Assembly (NCBI GenBank): GCA_963716255.1
Contig: OY970303.1
Span: 4,896,001-4,960,000 of the forward strand
Direction of reading: 5' to 3'
From: an uncultured Gemmatimonadales bacterium
GTDB taxonomy: Bacteria > Gemmatimonadota > Gemmatimonadetes > Longimicrobiales > Longimicrobiaceae
DNA: 64,000 nucleotides
Under the pieces are notes generated by a model that saw only the letters and a list, made by a program, of their open reading frames with translations, searched no databases and had not been told where the DNA came from. Below are positions 9,863 through 20,182 of the stretch, in pieces (position 1 is the first letter of the stretch; each line of letters starts with the position of its first letter). The position numbers were made by a program, and so were the translations under genes.

Positions 9863-11200
9863 CTATCTCCGGTGTGCGGGACCGCCGCCCGCACGCAGCG
9901 CTTCCTCCACCGCTCGGTGGCTCTCCGCCGCCGCCGCGCGGTCGGCGACATGCTCCAGGTGCCGCCCGGCCGTGGCGAGCACGCGGGCCGCGTGGTCGCG
10001 CACGATCTCGCGGCGGTCCTCTCCGCGGGCGTGCCGGGCGATGCGCGCCAGCGCGTCCAGCAGGCGGAGGAGGACCGCCTGGCTCCCGCCCGCGTACTGC
10101 CGGATGGGGGAGAACGCCGCCTCGACCAGGCGCTCGAAGCCGGCGGGATCCGCCAGCACCCGTGGCACGCCCTCCCCGTCCCGGTGAACGCCGGGCGCGT
10201 CCGGCCGCTCCGCCACCCGCGCGAGCGCCGCGCCGAGGCGGTCCACGCACGCCGCCGCGGTGAACGGGTCGTTGATGCCGGGGGAGAGGGCGCGCACCGC
10301 CACGTCCACGAGCTGCTGCACGGAGAATTCCACGTCCTGCGACGGCGTGCGGCTCGATCCCAGCACGAACGCGCCGCGAACCTCGTCGCCCAGCTCCGCC
10401 GCGGCGGCGGGCAGGTGGACCCACGCCAGCGGGTCGCCGCGGGCGACGAAAGTCCCGATGCGAGGGTCCAGGCGAAGGGTCGCCGAACGGTCGCGGGCGG
10501 CCTCGGCGAGGCGGTCGTAGTCGATCGCCTGCACGTATCCGTCGCGGTATGCCGCGACGCTGGCCGACGGTGCCGGCATGGACCCCGCGGGAGCGGCGTC
10601 TTCCGCCACCTCGGGGAAGAGCCGGTCCACCCCGGCGTCCAGGTCCTCGGCGAGGGCGGCGATCACGGAGGTGACCTGGATGGAGACCGCGGCGTGGTGG
10701 ACGAAGTAGATCAGCACGCCCACCCCCACCACGGCCATCCCCACCCCCAGGGTGACGGCCAGGTGCGGCACGAAGCGGCCCGCCTCCTCGCCCCCACGCA
10801 CGGTGCGCAGCACCAGCAGGCAGTACAGGAAGATGCCCGCGAACGCCCCCAGGACGACCTGGTTCCCGGCGTCGCGCATGAAGCTCCCCAGCACCCGCGG
10901 CCCGAACTGCGACGCCGCGAGCGAGAGCGCCACCACCAGCACCGAGAAGGTGACGCCCGCCACGGTGATCATGGACCCCGCGATGGTGGAGAGCACCCCG
11001 CGCGCGCCCTCCGGCCCGCCCGTGTAGATCCACCCCAGGCTCTCCACCGCCTCCGACCCGACCCTGCCGTCCAGCGCCACCATCCCGAGCGCCAGCGCCG
11101 CCGCGCCGAGCGCCATCAGCGCGGGAACGAACCAGTAGCTCGACCGCAGCGCCTCCCACCCGTGGGTCAGCCGTGCCTTCAACGCCCATCCTCCTGGCAT
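9863..11200 (-). CDS. DUF2254 predicted membrane protein
   Basis: SYWFVP, LSTIAGSMITVAGVTFS, ASQFGPR, RALSPGINDPFTA. Start MPGGW at 11200. Confidence 0.9.
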   Translation of the reverse strand: MPGGWALKARLTHGWEALRSSYWFVPALMALGAAALALGMVALDGRVGSEAVESLGWIYTGGPEGARGVLSTIAGSMITVAGVTFSVLVVALSLAASQFGPRVLGSFMRDAGNQVVLGAFAGIFLYCLLVLRTVRGGEEAGRFVPHLAVTLGVGMAVVGVGVLIYFVHHAAVSIQVTSVIAALAEDLDAGVDRLFPEVAEDAAPAGSMPAPSASVAAYRDGYVQAIDYDRLAEAARDRSATLRLDPRIGTFVARGDPLAWVHLPAAAAELGDEVRGAFVLGSSRTPSQDVEFSVQQLVDVAVRALSPGINDPFTAAACVDRLGAALARVAERPDAPGVHRDGEGVPRVLADPAGFERLVEAAFSPIRQYAGGSQAVLLRLLDALARIARHARGEDRREIVRDHAARVLATAGRHLEHVADRAAAAESHRAVEEALRAGGGPAHRR

Positions 11201-11322
11201 CGGTTTCGCGGCCCTACCGGCCGCGCTCGCGATCCTGCTCGTCCCCGAAGGTCGGGAGCGGGCCGCCTCCCCCCGGTGGCACCGCAGCCCGTCCCCCTTC
11301 GCCCCGAACCGGCACCTCCGCC

Positions 11323-12297
11323 ATGATTCCCCAGCATCTGCGCACCCTCGTCGCGGGGGTCGCCGACCCCGGCTCCGCGGCCGATCCGGCGCTCGTGCGC
11401 GCCTCCCGCATCGCGGACCGGACCGGGGCCGACCTTCACGTCGTCCACGTCTTCGAGGAGGAACCCCTGTTCGGGTACGCCGCCATGCCGTCGCTCGACC
11501 CCACGGGCACCGCTCCACTCCCGGACCCCGAGGGTCAGGAGGCGCTTCGCGAGCGGCTGCTGGAGCGGCTGCGCGCCACGGTCGCGCGGGTGCGGCCGGA
11601 GGGATCCACCACCTGCCGCGTGGTGGCGGGGTCCCCCGCCGAATCGCTCTGCTGGGTGGGCGAGGAGGTCGGCGCCGACCTGCTGGTCGTGGGCGCATCG
11701 CACCATGGCACGCTGGGCCAGCGGTTCCTCGGCACCACGGCCGGGCGCGTCCTGCGACAGGCCGTGGTCCCCGTGCTGGTGGTGCCGGACGCGCGCCGGC
11801 CGCTGCCCGGGGCCCGGGTGCTCCTCGCCGCCGACCTGTCGGAGGCCAGCGCCAGGGCGTACGAGGCCGGGCTGCGGGTCGCCGTGGACCTGTGCGCCGG
11901 CGACACGGCGGCCCTGCGCTGCGTGCTGGTGGTGCGTGCGGGTCCCGCGATGGTCCCGCCGCTCCCCGTCGGAGTCCCGCACCACGTGCCCGAAGCCGGC
12001 GGGCCGCTCGCGGAGTCGGCCACGCCCCGGCTGCGTGACTTCGTCGCCGCGCACACGCCGCACGGGCTGGCGGTGGAGGACACGGTCCGCGTGGGCGACC
12101 CGGCCGGGGAGATCGTGGCGGAGGCCGCCGCGTGGCGGGCCGACCTGGTGGTGCTCGGCACCCACGGGCGCTCGGGGCTGCACCGGCTGCTGCTGGGCAG
12201 CGTCGCCGAGGCGGTGCTGCGCGGATCGCCATGCGACGCCCTGGTGGTTCCCAGCGCGGCGACGGACGACGCCCCCTCGTCCGCCGCCCGGACGTAG
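11323..12297 (+). CDS. Tandem-domain universal stress protein
   Basis: Two USP domains (ADLLVVGA...FLGTTA.RVL; ADLVVLGTHGRSG...LGSVAEAVL). Confidence 0.9.
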   Translation: MIPQHLRTLVAGVADPGSAADPALVRASRIADRTGADLHVVHVFEEEPLFGYAAMPSLDPTGTAPLPDPEGQEALRERLLERLRATVARVRPEGSTTCRVVAGSPAESLCWVGEEVGADLLVVGASHHGTLGQRFLGTTAGRVLRQAVVPVLVVPDARRPLPGARVLLAADLSEASARAYEAGLRVAVDLCAGDTAALRCVLVVRAGPAMVPPLPVGVPHHVPEAGGPLAESATPRLRDFVAAHTPHGLAVEDTVRVGDPAGEIVAEAAAWRADLVVLGTHGRSGLHRLLLGSVAEAVLRGSPCDALVVPSAATDDAPSSAART

Positions 12298-12323
12298 CCG
12301 CCCGCTGGTCCTCCGACGGGGCA

Positions 12324-13796
12324 TCACGGGTCTCCGGTGCCGATGGTGGCGGATCGCCCCGCGTCCGGCCTGCGGGCGGGGAGCCAGAGGCTGAAGGCCG
12401 CTCCCCCGGTGTCCGCGTCCCCGACGGTGATGTCGCCGCCGAGCGCGAGCGCGATCCGCCGGCTGGTGGCCAGCCCCAGCCCGTGGCCCTGCGCCTGGGC
12501 GTCGTGGAGCCGGTGGAACTCGTCGAAGATCCGCTCGCGCTCGGCCTCGGGGATCCCCGGCCCGGTGTCGCAGACCCGGAACTCGATCCAGCGACCCTCC
12601 CGCGACGCGGGCGAGCCCTCCACGGCCTGCGCTTCCAGCACCACGCGTCCCGGCGGGGGCGTGTACTTGATGGCGTTGGAGACCAGGTTGCCGACGATGC
12701 GCAGCACCCGCGCGTGGTCGGTGAGCGCGGGGAGGGGACCGTCGGGAAGACGGAGCTCGATCTCGTGGCCCGCGGCGCGGGCGGAGCCCCTGTACTGCTC
12801 CTCGGCCTCCCTGACGATCGCTTTGCAGTCCGTGAACTCGTGCACCACCTCCAGCATCCCGGCCTCGGCACGCGTGAAGTCGAGGAGGTCGGCGATCAGC
12901 CCCAGGGCGGTGCCGATGCAGCGGCGCATCCCCCCCACCATCCGGAGCTGTCCGGGCCGCAGCTCCCCCTCGTGTCCCATCTCCAGCAGCTGCCCGTAGC
13001 CGTCGGCCGCGCCCAGAGGATTCTTGAGGTCGTGCGTGACGCCGCGCATCAGCCGCTCCCGAGCGTCGGAGGCGCGCTGCGCCTCCTCCAGCGCCCGTTC
13101 CGCCTCCTCGCCGTGCGCCGCCGCCTCGCGGGCGAGCATCCGCATACGGTGCCCGAACCACCCCACCGCCAGCGCGGCGACCAGGGCCGCCAGTCCCAGG
13201 GCGCGCGTGACCAGGTCCTCCCGCGCCTCGGCCCGGCGGATCTCGGCCCTCCGCTCGCGCGTGACGGAGGTGACGGCACGATCCAGGTCGCGCGCCGCGC
13301 GCAGCGTGCTCTCGTAAAGCTCCAGGTCGCGGCCGAGCAGCTCGCCGCGCGCCGCCGGCTCGCGGCGAAGGACCAGCTGCTCGTCGAGCCGGCCGTGCCA
13401 CTGGTCGGAGGCCGTCCGCAGGCGGTTCAGCGCAGACCGGACCGGCTCCGGGAGCGGACCGGCCAGGGAGTCCAGGGGAGCGTAGGCCGAGCGCTCCAGC
13501 GCCAGCCCCTCGGCGTACAGGCCGGGGTAGCGCGGGTCCGGCGTGAGCAGGGCCCCGCGAAGGGCGGACATCTGCTGCGCCAGCGCGAACTGCACCCTCG
13601 CCACCAGCGTGCGCGCCTCGTCGGCGCGCTCTGCGTCCTCGCGCAGCGGCGCGATGCGGTTCTGGACGGTCAGCGGGGCGACGAACAGCGCGGCGAGCGC
13701 GAGCATGACGAAGCCCAGCGCCAGCCGGCCGACCCAGACCGGGCCGTCGAATCGAAGCAGGCGAGGGCGTGTGCGCTCCACGAGGGGTTTGCTCAA
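12324..13796 (-). CDS. Sensor histidine kinase
   Basis: Two TM segments, H-box THDLKNPL, NLVSNAIKY, DTGPGI, GHGLGL. Start uncertain (TTG 13796 or ATG 13706). Confidence 0.9.
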   Translation of the reverse strand: MSKPLVERTRPRLLRFDGPVWVGRLALGFVMLALAALFVAPLTVQNRIAPLREDAERADEARTLVARVQFALAQQMSALRGALLTPDPRYPGLYAEGLALERSAYAPLDSLAGPLPEPVRSALNRLRTASDQWHGRLDEQLVLRREPAARGELLGRDLELYESTLRAARDLDRAVTSVTRERRAEIRRAEAREDLVTRALGLAALVAALAVGWFGHRMRMLAREAAAHGEEAERALEEAQRASDARERLMRGVTHDLKNPLGAADGYGQLLEMGHEGELRPGQLRMVGGMRRCIGTALGLIADLLDFTRAEAGMLEVVHEFTDCKAIVREAEEQYRGSARAAGHEIELRLPDGPLPALTDHARVLRIVGNLVSNAIKYTPPPGRVVLEAQAVEGSPASREGRWIEFRVCDTGPGIPEAERERIFDEFHRLHDAQAQGHGLGLATSRRIALALGGDITVGDADTGGAAFSLWLPARRPDAGRSATIGTGDP

Positions 13797-13812
13797 GGGG
13801 TGGAAGCCGCGC

Positions 13813-14073
13813 TCATCGTTCCGCGTCGGCGCGCAGCGCAGTTCCCCCGCACGCGGCGCAGGGCGACGCCGCCGATTCCGGCACCGCCTCCGCGAAGTGC
13901 CGCTCGGTGCCGCAGGCTCGGCACCTCCACGTGAACGACAGCTCCTCTGCATCCCGCGCCGCCTCCCCCCCCGGCGCGGTGCCCACCCGGAGACCGGCGT
14001 GCCGGAGGGTCCTGATCCGGGCGGTCCGGCCAGCGTGACCTGGATCGGCGGGCGGCAGCTCGGTCTCTTTCAT
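13813..14073 (-). CDS. Small zinc-ribbon protein
   Basis: MKETEL...CRACG...CAACGG (two CxxC); lies downstream of a sigma-54-like promoter. Confidence 0.55.
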   Translation of the reverse strand: MKETELPPADPGHAGRTARIRTLRHAGLRVGTAPGGEAARDAEELSFTWRCRACGTERHFAEAVPESAASPCAACGGTALRADAER

Positions 14074-14109
14074 GAAAGCCAGCTCCGTCTGAAGGGGACC
14101 TACAAGCCG

Positions 14110-14125
14110 TGCAAATCGCGTTCCT
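14110..14125 (-). promoter_or_regulatory. Putative sigma-54 promoter
   Basis: Minus strand AGGAACGCGATTTGCA with GG-N10-GC spacing. Confidence 0.5.
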
Positions 14126-14144
14126 TGATACATATTTTGTATCA
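14126..14144. promoter_or_regulatory. Palindromic operator TGATACA-N5-TGTATCA (second imperfect copy at 14275-14293)
   Basis: Perfect 7-bp arms in an AT-rich divergent intergenic region. The copy TGCTACA-N5-AGTATCA lies upstream of the GntR gene. Confidence 0.6.
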
Positions 14145-14366
14145 GCATCAACTCTCCACGATTCAGCAGGATTTCTGGCCCGTGTCCCTGCAACCCCCGA
14201 CCATATGCCCCGTATGCCCCCCACTCCCGGTCCATGGGGAGGTGCCGGCGGATATTGCACCGGGTAAGGCGTCCTGCTACATATCCAGTATCACACCCTC
14301 GCGAGGCTGTCGGTTCGCCGGGGCGGACTTGCGGGGCTCCCGCCGCACGCCTTTCCCACTGCCGAG

Positions 14367-15308
14367 ATGCCGACCGACGCAGCGCTGGTAGACCGTATCC
14401 GGAGCCGTATCGTCGGCGAGCTCCACCTGGGCCACCTGCGCGCGGGAGACCGGCTCCCGCCGGTCCGCGAGCTCGCGCGCGAGCTGGGCACGGACCACCG
14501 GGCCGTCGCCCGCGCGTACCACGCGCTTGAGGCCGAGCGGCTGCTGGAGGTGCGGGGACGCGCCGGCGTGTACCTGGCGCGGCAGGAGCGGATCGGCGGG
14601 GGCGTGGTGGAGGAGACGGCGGCGTGGCTCGCGGGAGTGCTGGCGGAGGCGCACAAGCGGCGGATCGCCATCCCGCACCTGCCCGAGTTCATCCGCCGCT
14701 GCACGGCCAGCGTCCGGCCGCGCTGCGCGTGCGTGGAATCCAACCTGGACTCCGGCGACGCGCTCTGCCGGGAACTGGGCGACGAGTGCGGAATGGACAC
14801 TGTCCCGGTGTGGGTCGACGACCTCCCGCGGGTCGCGACGGGAAAGAAGCTGGACCCGGCCACACTCCCGGGGGACCTGCGCGACGCGGACCTGGTGGTC
14901 ACCACGCCGTTCCACGCGCGCGAGGCTGCGCTGCTGGCGGAGGCGCTGGGGAAGCCGTCGGTGGTCGTCACCGTCCACCCGGAGATGGCGGGGATCATCG
15001 AGCGGCGGGTGAGGGTGGAGGGGCTCACCGCGATCGTGGCGGACCCACGCTACGGGGAGCGCTTCCGCGCCCTCTACAGGCCGGCCGACGGGGCGGGCGG
15101 CCTCCGAGTGGTGCTGGCCGACGACGCCCCGACCATCGCCATGCTGGACCGGTTCGAGCCGGTACTGGTGACCCGGGCGGCGCGCCGGCTGCTTCCCGAC
15201 CTCGAACTCCCGCTCCTGCTCCCGCGCTATCCCTCCATCTCCCCCGAGTCCACCCGTGCGCTGGCGGAGCACCTCATCCGGCGGAACCTGGAGCGCGCGA
15301 CCCCCTGA
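14367..15308 (+). CDS. GntR-family transcriptional regulator with C-terminal extension
   Basis: LRAGDRLPPVRELARELG....VARAY..LEAE.LLEVR...GVY winged HTH. Confidence 0.9.
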   Translation: MPTDAALVDRIRSRIVGELHLGHLRAGDRLPPVRELARELGTDHRAVARAYHALEAERLLEVRGRAGVYLARQERIGGGVVEETAAWLAGVLAEAHKRRIAIPHLPEFIRRCTASVRPRCACVESNLDSGDALCRELGDECGMDTVPVWVDDLPRVATGKKLDPATLPGDLRDADLVVTTPFHAREAALLAEALGKPSVVVTVHPEMAGIIERRVRVEGLTAIVADPRYGERFRALYRPADGAGGLRVVLADDAPTIAMLDRFEPVLVTRAARRLLPDLELPLLLPRYPSISPESTRALAEHLIRRNLERATP

Positions 15309-15489
15309 ACCGAGGAAAGGCGTGAGTCGCGGGCGGGGATTCCAGGTGCGGCTCGACGTACGTGCGCGGGCAGCAGAGTACCGCCACGTTCTCCCGGACC
15401 GGGTGTAGACGGGGCCCCGGGGCGAAAATCGCGGGACCCGGGACGACCCCGGACGGGGTGTTCACCTTCCACGACGTGAAACGGAGCCG

Positions 15490-16449
<960 letters not shown>

Positions 16450-16646
16450 GCTGCTTCTTCATGCCCGACGCCAACGCAGCCACCGGGAGACCGAAGCGAT
16501 GAAATCGGTACCCGCAGCGCTCCGGACCCCCGGCGGCTCCCGCCGGTGTTCCGGGGAGTGCCGCGACCCTGGCACCGGCTTGCGTATTGCGGGGACACGC
16601 GCCATTCTCCCCGCCCTGTCATCCAGGTCCCGAACTCCGGTGACGT

Positions 16647-17039
16647 TTGGCGAACGAAGCCGACCTGAGGGAAGCGCAGAGGTTCATCGCCGAGTTCATC
16701 CACTCGGCCGAACAGCTCGACGTGCTCCTGCTGCTGCACTCGCACGCCGACCGCGACTTCACGGCGGCCGAGGTCAGTCAGCGCGTGTACACGGTTCCCG
16801 CTTCGGCCACGCTGCGCCTGGAGGAGCTGGTCGCGGTGGGGCTACTGGCGAGCGACCGCGCCCCGGACCCGCGCTACCGCTACGCGCCGGCCTCCCCGCA
16901 CGTGGCGGCGCGCGTGGACACCCTCGCCGCGGCCTACCGCGCGGACCGGGTCGCGGTCATCCGCCTGATCTTCCAGGCCCCGGCGGATCCGGTGCGCAGC
17001 TTCGCGGACGCCTTCCGGCTGAAGCGCCCAGGAGAGTGA
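16647..17039 (+). CDS. Conserved hypothetical winged-helix-like protein (paralogue 1 of 3)
   Basis: RFIAEFIHSAEQLDVLLLL...LEELVAVGLL...YRYAP...LAAAYRADRV...SFADAFRL. Near-identical motifs at 25072-25446. Confidence 0.75.
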   Translation: MANEADLREAQRFIAEFIHSAEQLDVLLLLHSHADRDFTAAEVSQRVYTVPASATLRLEELVAVGLLASDRAPDPRYRYAPASPHVAARVDTLAAAYRADRVAVIRLIFQAPADPVRSFADAFRLKRPGE

Positions 17040-17297
17040 ATGGGAACCGTCATCTATGCGCTCTGCGCGCTGACCAGCCTGCTCTGCGCCCTGCTGCTCG
17101 CCCGCGGCTACCGGCGGAGCCGGGTGCGGCTGCTCCTCTGGTCGTCGCTCTGCTTCGCGGGGCTGGCGCTCAACAACGTGCTGCTGTTCATCGACCTGCG
17201 CGTCGTCCCCGACGTGGACCTTTCCGTGTGGCGCTCCCTCCCTGCGCTGGCCGGGCTGCTGGTGCTGGTCTACGGGCTCGTGTGGGACGCGCGATGA
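17040..17297 (+). CDS. Small membrane protein (DUF5985-like)
   Basis: IYALCALTSLLCA.LL.RGY...RLLLWSSLCFAGLALNN; three TM segments. Confidence 0.75.
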   Translation: MGTVIYALCALTSLLCALLLARGYRRSRVRLLLWSSLCFAGLALNNVLLFIDLRVVPDVDLSVWRSLPALAGLLVLVYGLVWDAR

Positions 17298-17340
17298 GCG
17301 TGCACACGTGCCGCCGCCCGCGAAGCCGCCGGAGGCCGCG

Positions 17341-17604
17341 ATGATCGCGAGCCTGGTCGCCGGGGCCATCGCCATGGGCTACTTCGTCGCCGGCCTCTTC
17401 TTCCTGAGATTCTGGCGCGACACCCGCGACCGGCTCTTCCTGGCCTTCTGCGTGGCGTTCGGCATGCTGGCCGTGCAGCGCGTCGCGCTGGCGGTCGTGG
17501 CGGACACGCGCGATGCGGCCATCCCGCTCTATGGGCTGCGCCTGCTCGCGTTCCTGGTGATCATCGCCGCGATCCTGGACAAGAACCGGCCCCGACCCGG
17601 CTGA
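17341..17604 (+). CDS. Small membrane protein (DUF5985-like)
   Basis: GLFFLRFWRDTRDRLFLAF...RLLAFLVIIAAILDKN. Confidence 0.75.
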   Translation: MIASLVAGAIAMGYFVAGLFFLRFWRDTRDRLFLAFCVAFGMLAVQRVALAVVADTRDAAIPLYGLRLLAFLVIIAAILDKNRPRPG

Positions 17605-17610
17605 CGCCGC

Positions 17611-20070
17611 TCACTCGCGCACGCGCAGCCAGTCCCGCGGAAGCTCCGGCGCGAAGCGCTCCACCACCTGCTCCACCCCCGCGGGCCCGGAGAGCAGGCG
17701 GGCGAGCGCCGCGAGCGAGCGCAGGTGCTCGTCCGGCCGGCCGGCGGGGCTCACCAGCAGGAAGACGAGGCGGGCCGGCACGGAGCCGCGCGGGAGAGCC
17801 ACGCCCGCGCGGCACACCCCCAGGAGGAGCACCGGCCGGTCCAGCCCCTCGCGCCGCACGTGCGGGAGCGCCACCCCTGGGCACACCTCCGAGGAGAAGC
17901 GCTCCTCGTTCCGCAGCACCGCCCGCACGATCTCCCGCCGCTCCGCCGCCCCGAACACCCCCTCCGTCAGCCGCTCCACCGCGGCACCCAGCTCCGTCTC
18001 CTCCAGCACGACCACACGCTCCGGCGCCACCCCGGGCGCCAGCTCCACGGGGCCGCCGGCCGAGGGCTCCGGGTCCGCGGCGTAGGCGACCACCAGGTTC
18101 CCCGGGAGCGTGTCGGCGAGGTGCTGGGGAAGCCGCTCCGCTGCCGGCGACCACACCGCCGTGCCGCGGCGCGCGGCCAGGAGCACCACCAGGTCGTCCC
18201 TCGACAGCGGCGCCAGCAGCGCGTCCAGCCCGTCCCAGCCGCCCGCGGCCTCCGTGGTGGCGGGCACCTGCGGGCGGGCTTCCGCGTGCAGTTGGCGGAG
18301 CCGCTCCCCGTCCCCGTCCACCGGGACGAGCAGCACGGGCGCGCCCAGACCGGAGGCGAGCGTGTTGACGGTGCCGAGCGCCTGCATGAAGGTGGGGTGG
18401 CGGTCCAGCCCGGGGGGGACCACCGCCACCACGCGCCGGGTGGTCCGGGGCGCCTGCGTGAGCCGGGCCACCAGCAGGGTGGCGCGCGTGCTCGCCGTGA
18501 GCTGGTCCAGCACGCTGCCGAAGACGGCCCGCGTGCCGCTGCGCCGCCCGTCCCAGCCGATCACCACGATGCTGGTGCGCGACTCGGCGACCCCGCGCGC
18601 GATCCCCGCGGCGATGCTGGTGTCCACCCGCGTCATGGGGACCACCTGCACGCCGGCGCCCGCCGCGTGCAGCACGGCGTGGCCCAGCACCGCCTCCGCC
18701 TCGGCGACCTCCGCCTCGCTCGCCGCTCCCTCCCCGGGGGCCACCATCAGCACCCGCAGCGGCTCCTCGTCGTGGTGCCCGCGCACCACCAGCGCCAGGT
18801 CCAGCAGCGCGTCCGCCGTGGCCGGGTTGGCGAGCGGGACCAGCACGCGCCGGGGCGCATGCCCCGGGTCGTAGGGCCGGTCCGCCTCCCGCAGCGCCAC
18901 GCGGCGCCCGTACCGCTGCACCGCCCACGGCCCCACGATGCAGGTGGCGAGGATCATCACCACCACCCCGTTCACCTCGGCCTGGTCCAGCAGCCCCGCG
19001 TCGAAGCCCACCAGCACGATCGCCAGCGTCCCCGCCGCGTGCGGCACCGACAGCCCGAACACGACCCACCCCTCGTCCGGCGTGTAGCCGAACAGCTTCT
19101 CCGCGGCCTTGGCCGCCAGCCACTTCGCCAGGATCACCAGCAGCGCCGCGGCCCCGGCAACCGCCCAGGCCAGGGCGCTGTCCAGCGCCCGCACGTCCAC
19201 CACCATCCCCACGGACAGCAGGAAGAAGGGGATGAACACCGCGTTGCCCACGAAGCGGGTGCGGTTCATCAGCGCGCTCTGCTCCGGGATCAGGCGGTTG
19301 AGCGCGAGCCCGGTGAGCAGGGCGCCGATCAGCGGCTCCACCCGCCCGAAGTGGGCCAGGTACGCCACCGAGAAGAGCGCCGTCATCACGAAGACGAACT
19401 CCGTCTCCCCCTCGCTGGCGTTGCGGAAGAACCAGCGTCCCAGGCGCGGGAGCACCAGCAGGACCGCGGCCCCGTAGACCGCGAACGGCACGCCGATCCC
19501 CACCCAGAACACCCAGTCCATGCTGCGGCCGCGGGCCTCGACCACGACCGCGAGGAGCAGCAGGGCGAGGATCTCGACCAGGATCGTTCCACCCAGCGTG
19601 GTCGTGACGGCGGGGTTGCGCACGATGCCTAGGCGGGCCGCGATGGGGTAGGCCAGGAGGGTGTGGGACGCGAACGCGGACGCCACCAGCAGGGCGGAGG
19701 AAGTCCCGTAGCCGAGCGCGAGCGCGGCGCCCGCGCCCACCGCGCCCGGGACCACCGAGGAGACCAGGCCGAAGACGATGCTGCGGCGGCGGTAGCGCGC
19801 GAAGTCGTTCAGGTCCAGCTCCAGCCCCACCATCAGCATCAGGTAGAGGAGCCCGACGGTGCCCAGGAGCACGATGGTGCGGTCGCGCTCCAGCACGCCG
19901 AAGCCGTGCGGGCCCAGCGCAGCGCCGGCGACGATCAGGCCGATGATCCCGGGGAGGTTGAGGCGCTCGAAGAGGAGCGGCGCCAGCAGGAAGGTCGCCA
20001 TCGCGACCGCGACGATGAGGACGGGGTCGGTGAGCGGGAGCGACGGGAGGACGAGAGCCGGTAGAGTCAT
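17611..20070 (-). CDS. Cation:proton antiporter fused to USP-like and PTS EIIA-like domains
   Basis: CPA2-type TM domain (LPGIIGLIVAG..LGPHG, ASHTLLAYP), RVLVPLANP USP-like region, C-terminal REIV...NEERFSSEVCPGVALPH EIIA-like region. Confidence 0.88.
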   Translation of the reverse strand: MTLPALVLPSLPLTDPVLIVAVAMATFLLAPLLFERLNLPGIIGLIVAGAALGPHGFGVLERDRTIVLLGTVGLLYLMLMVGLELDLNDFARYRRRSIVFGLVSSVVPGAVGAGAALALGYGTSSALLVASAFASHTLLAYPIAARLGIVRNPAVTTTLGGTILVEILALLLLAVVVEARGRSMDWVFWVGIGVPFAVYGAAVLLVLPRLGRWFFRNASEGETEFVFVMTALFSVAYLAHFGRVEPLIGALLTGLALNRLIPEQSALMNRTRFVGNAVFIPFFLLSVGMVVDVRALDSALAWAVAGAAALLVILAKWLAAKAAEKLFGYTPDEGWVVFGLSVPHAAGTLAIVLVGFDAGLLDQAEVNGVVVMILATCIVGPWAVQRYGRRVALREADRPYDPGHAPRRVLVPLANPATADALLDLALVVRGHHDEEPLRVLMVAPGEGAASEAEVAEAEAVLGHAVLHAAGAGVQVVPMTRVDTSIAAGIARGVAESRTSIVVIGWDGRRSGTRAVFGSVLDQLTASTRATLLVARLTQAPRTTRRVVAVVPPGLDRHPTFMQALGTVNTLASGLGAPVLLVPVDGDGERLRQLHAEARPQVPATTEAAGGWDGLDALLAPLSRDDLVVLLAARRGTAVWSPAAERLPQHLADTLPGNLVVAYAADPEPSAGGPVELAPGVAPERVVVLEETELGAAVERLTEGVFGAAERREIVRAVLRNEERFSSEVCPGVALPHVRREGLDRPVLLLGVCRAGVALPRGSVPARLVFLLVSPAGRPDEHLRSLAALARLLSGPAGVEQVVERFAPELPRDWLRVRE

Positions 20071-20182
20071 CCGCGGAGGTCGCTGGTGCGCCGGGCACGG
20101 GGCCACGCACGCCCGGAGAGAGAAGCCGGCGGGCGCGTGGCGGGGCAGGTGTGCGGCGGATGCAGGATCGGAGCCCCCTCCG

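Noticed and set aside
7962..12871. 1075-aa and 1002-aa ORFs as full-length proteins
   Set aside because: Only their 3' parts (MscS from 8822, DUF2254 from 11200) are real; the upstream extensions overlap other genes.
16570..16584. TGGCACCGGCTTGCG as a sigma-54 promoter
   Set aside because: GG-to-GC spacing is 9 nt, not the required 10.
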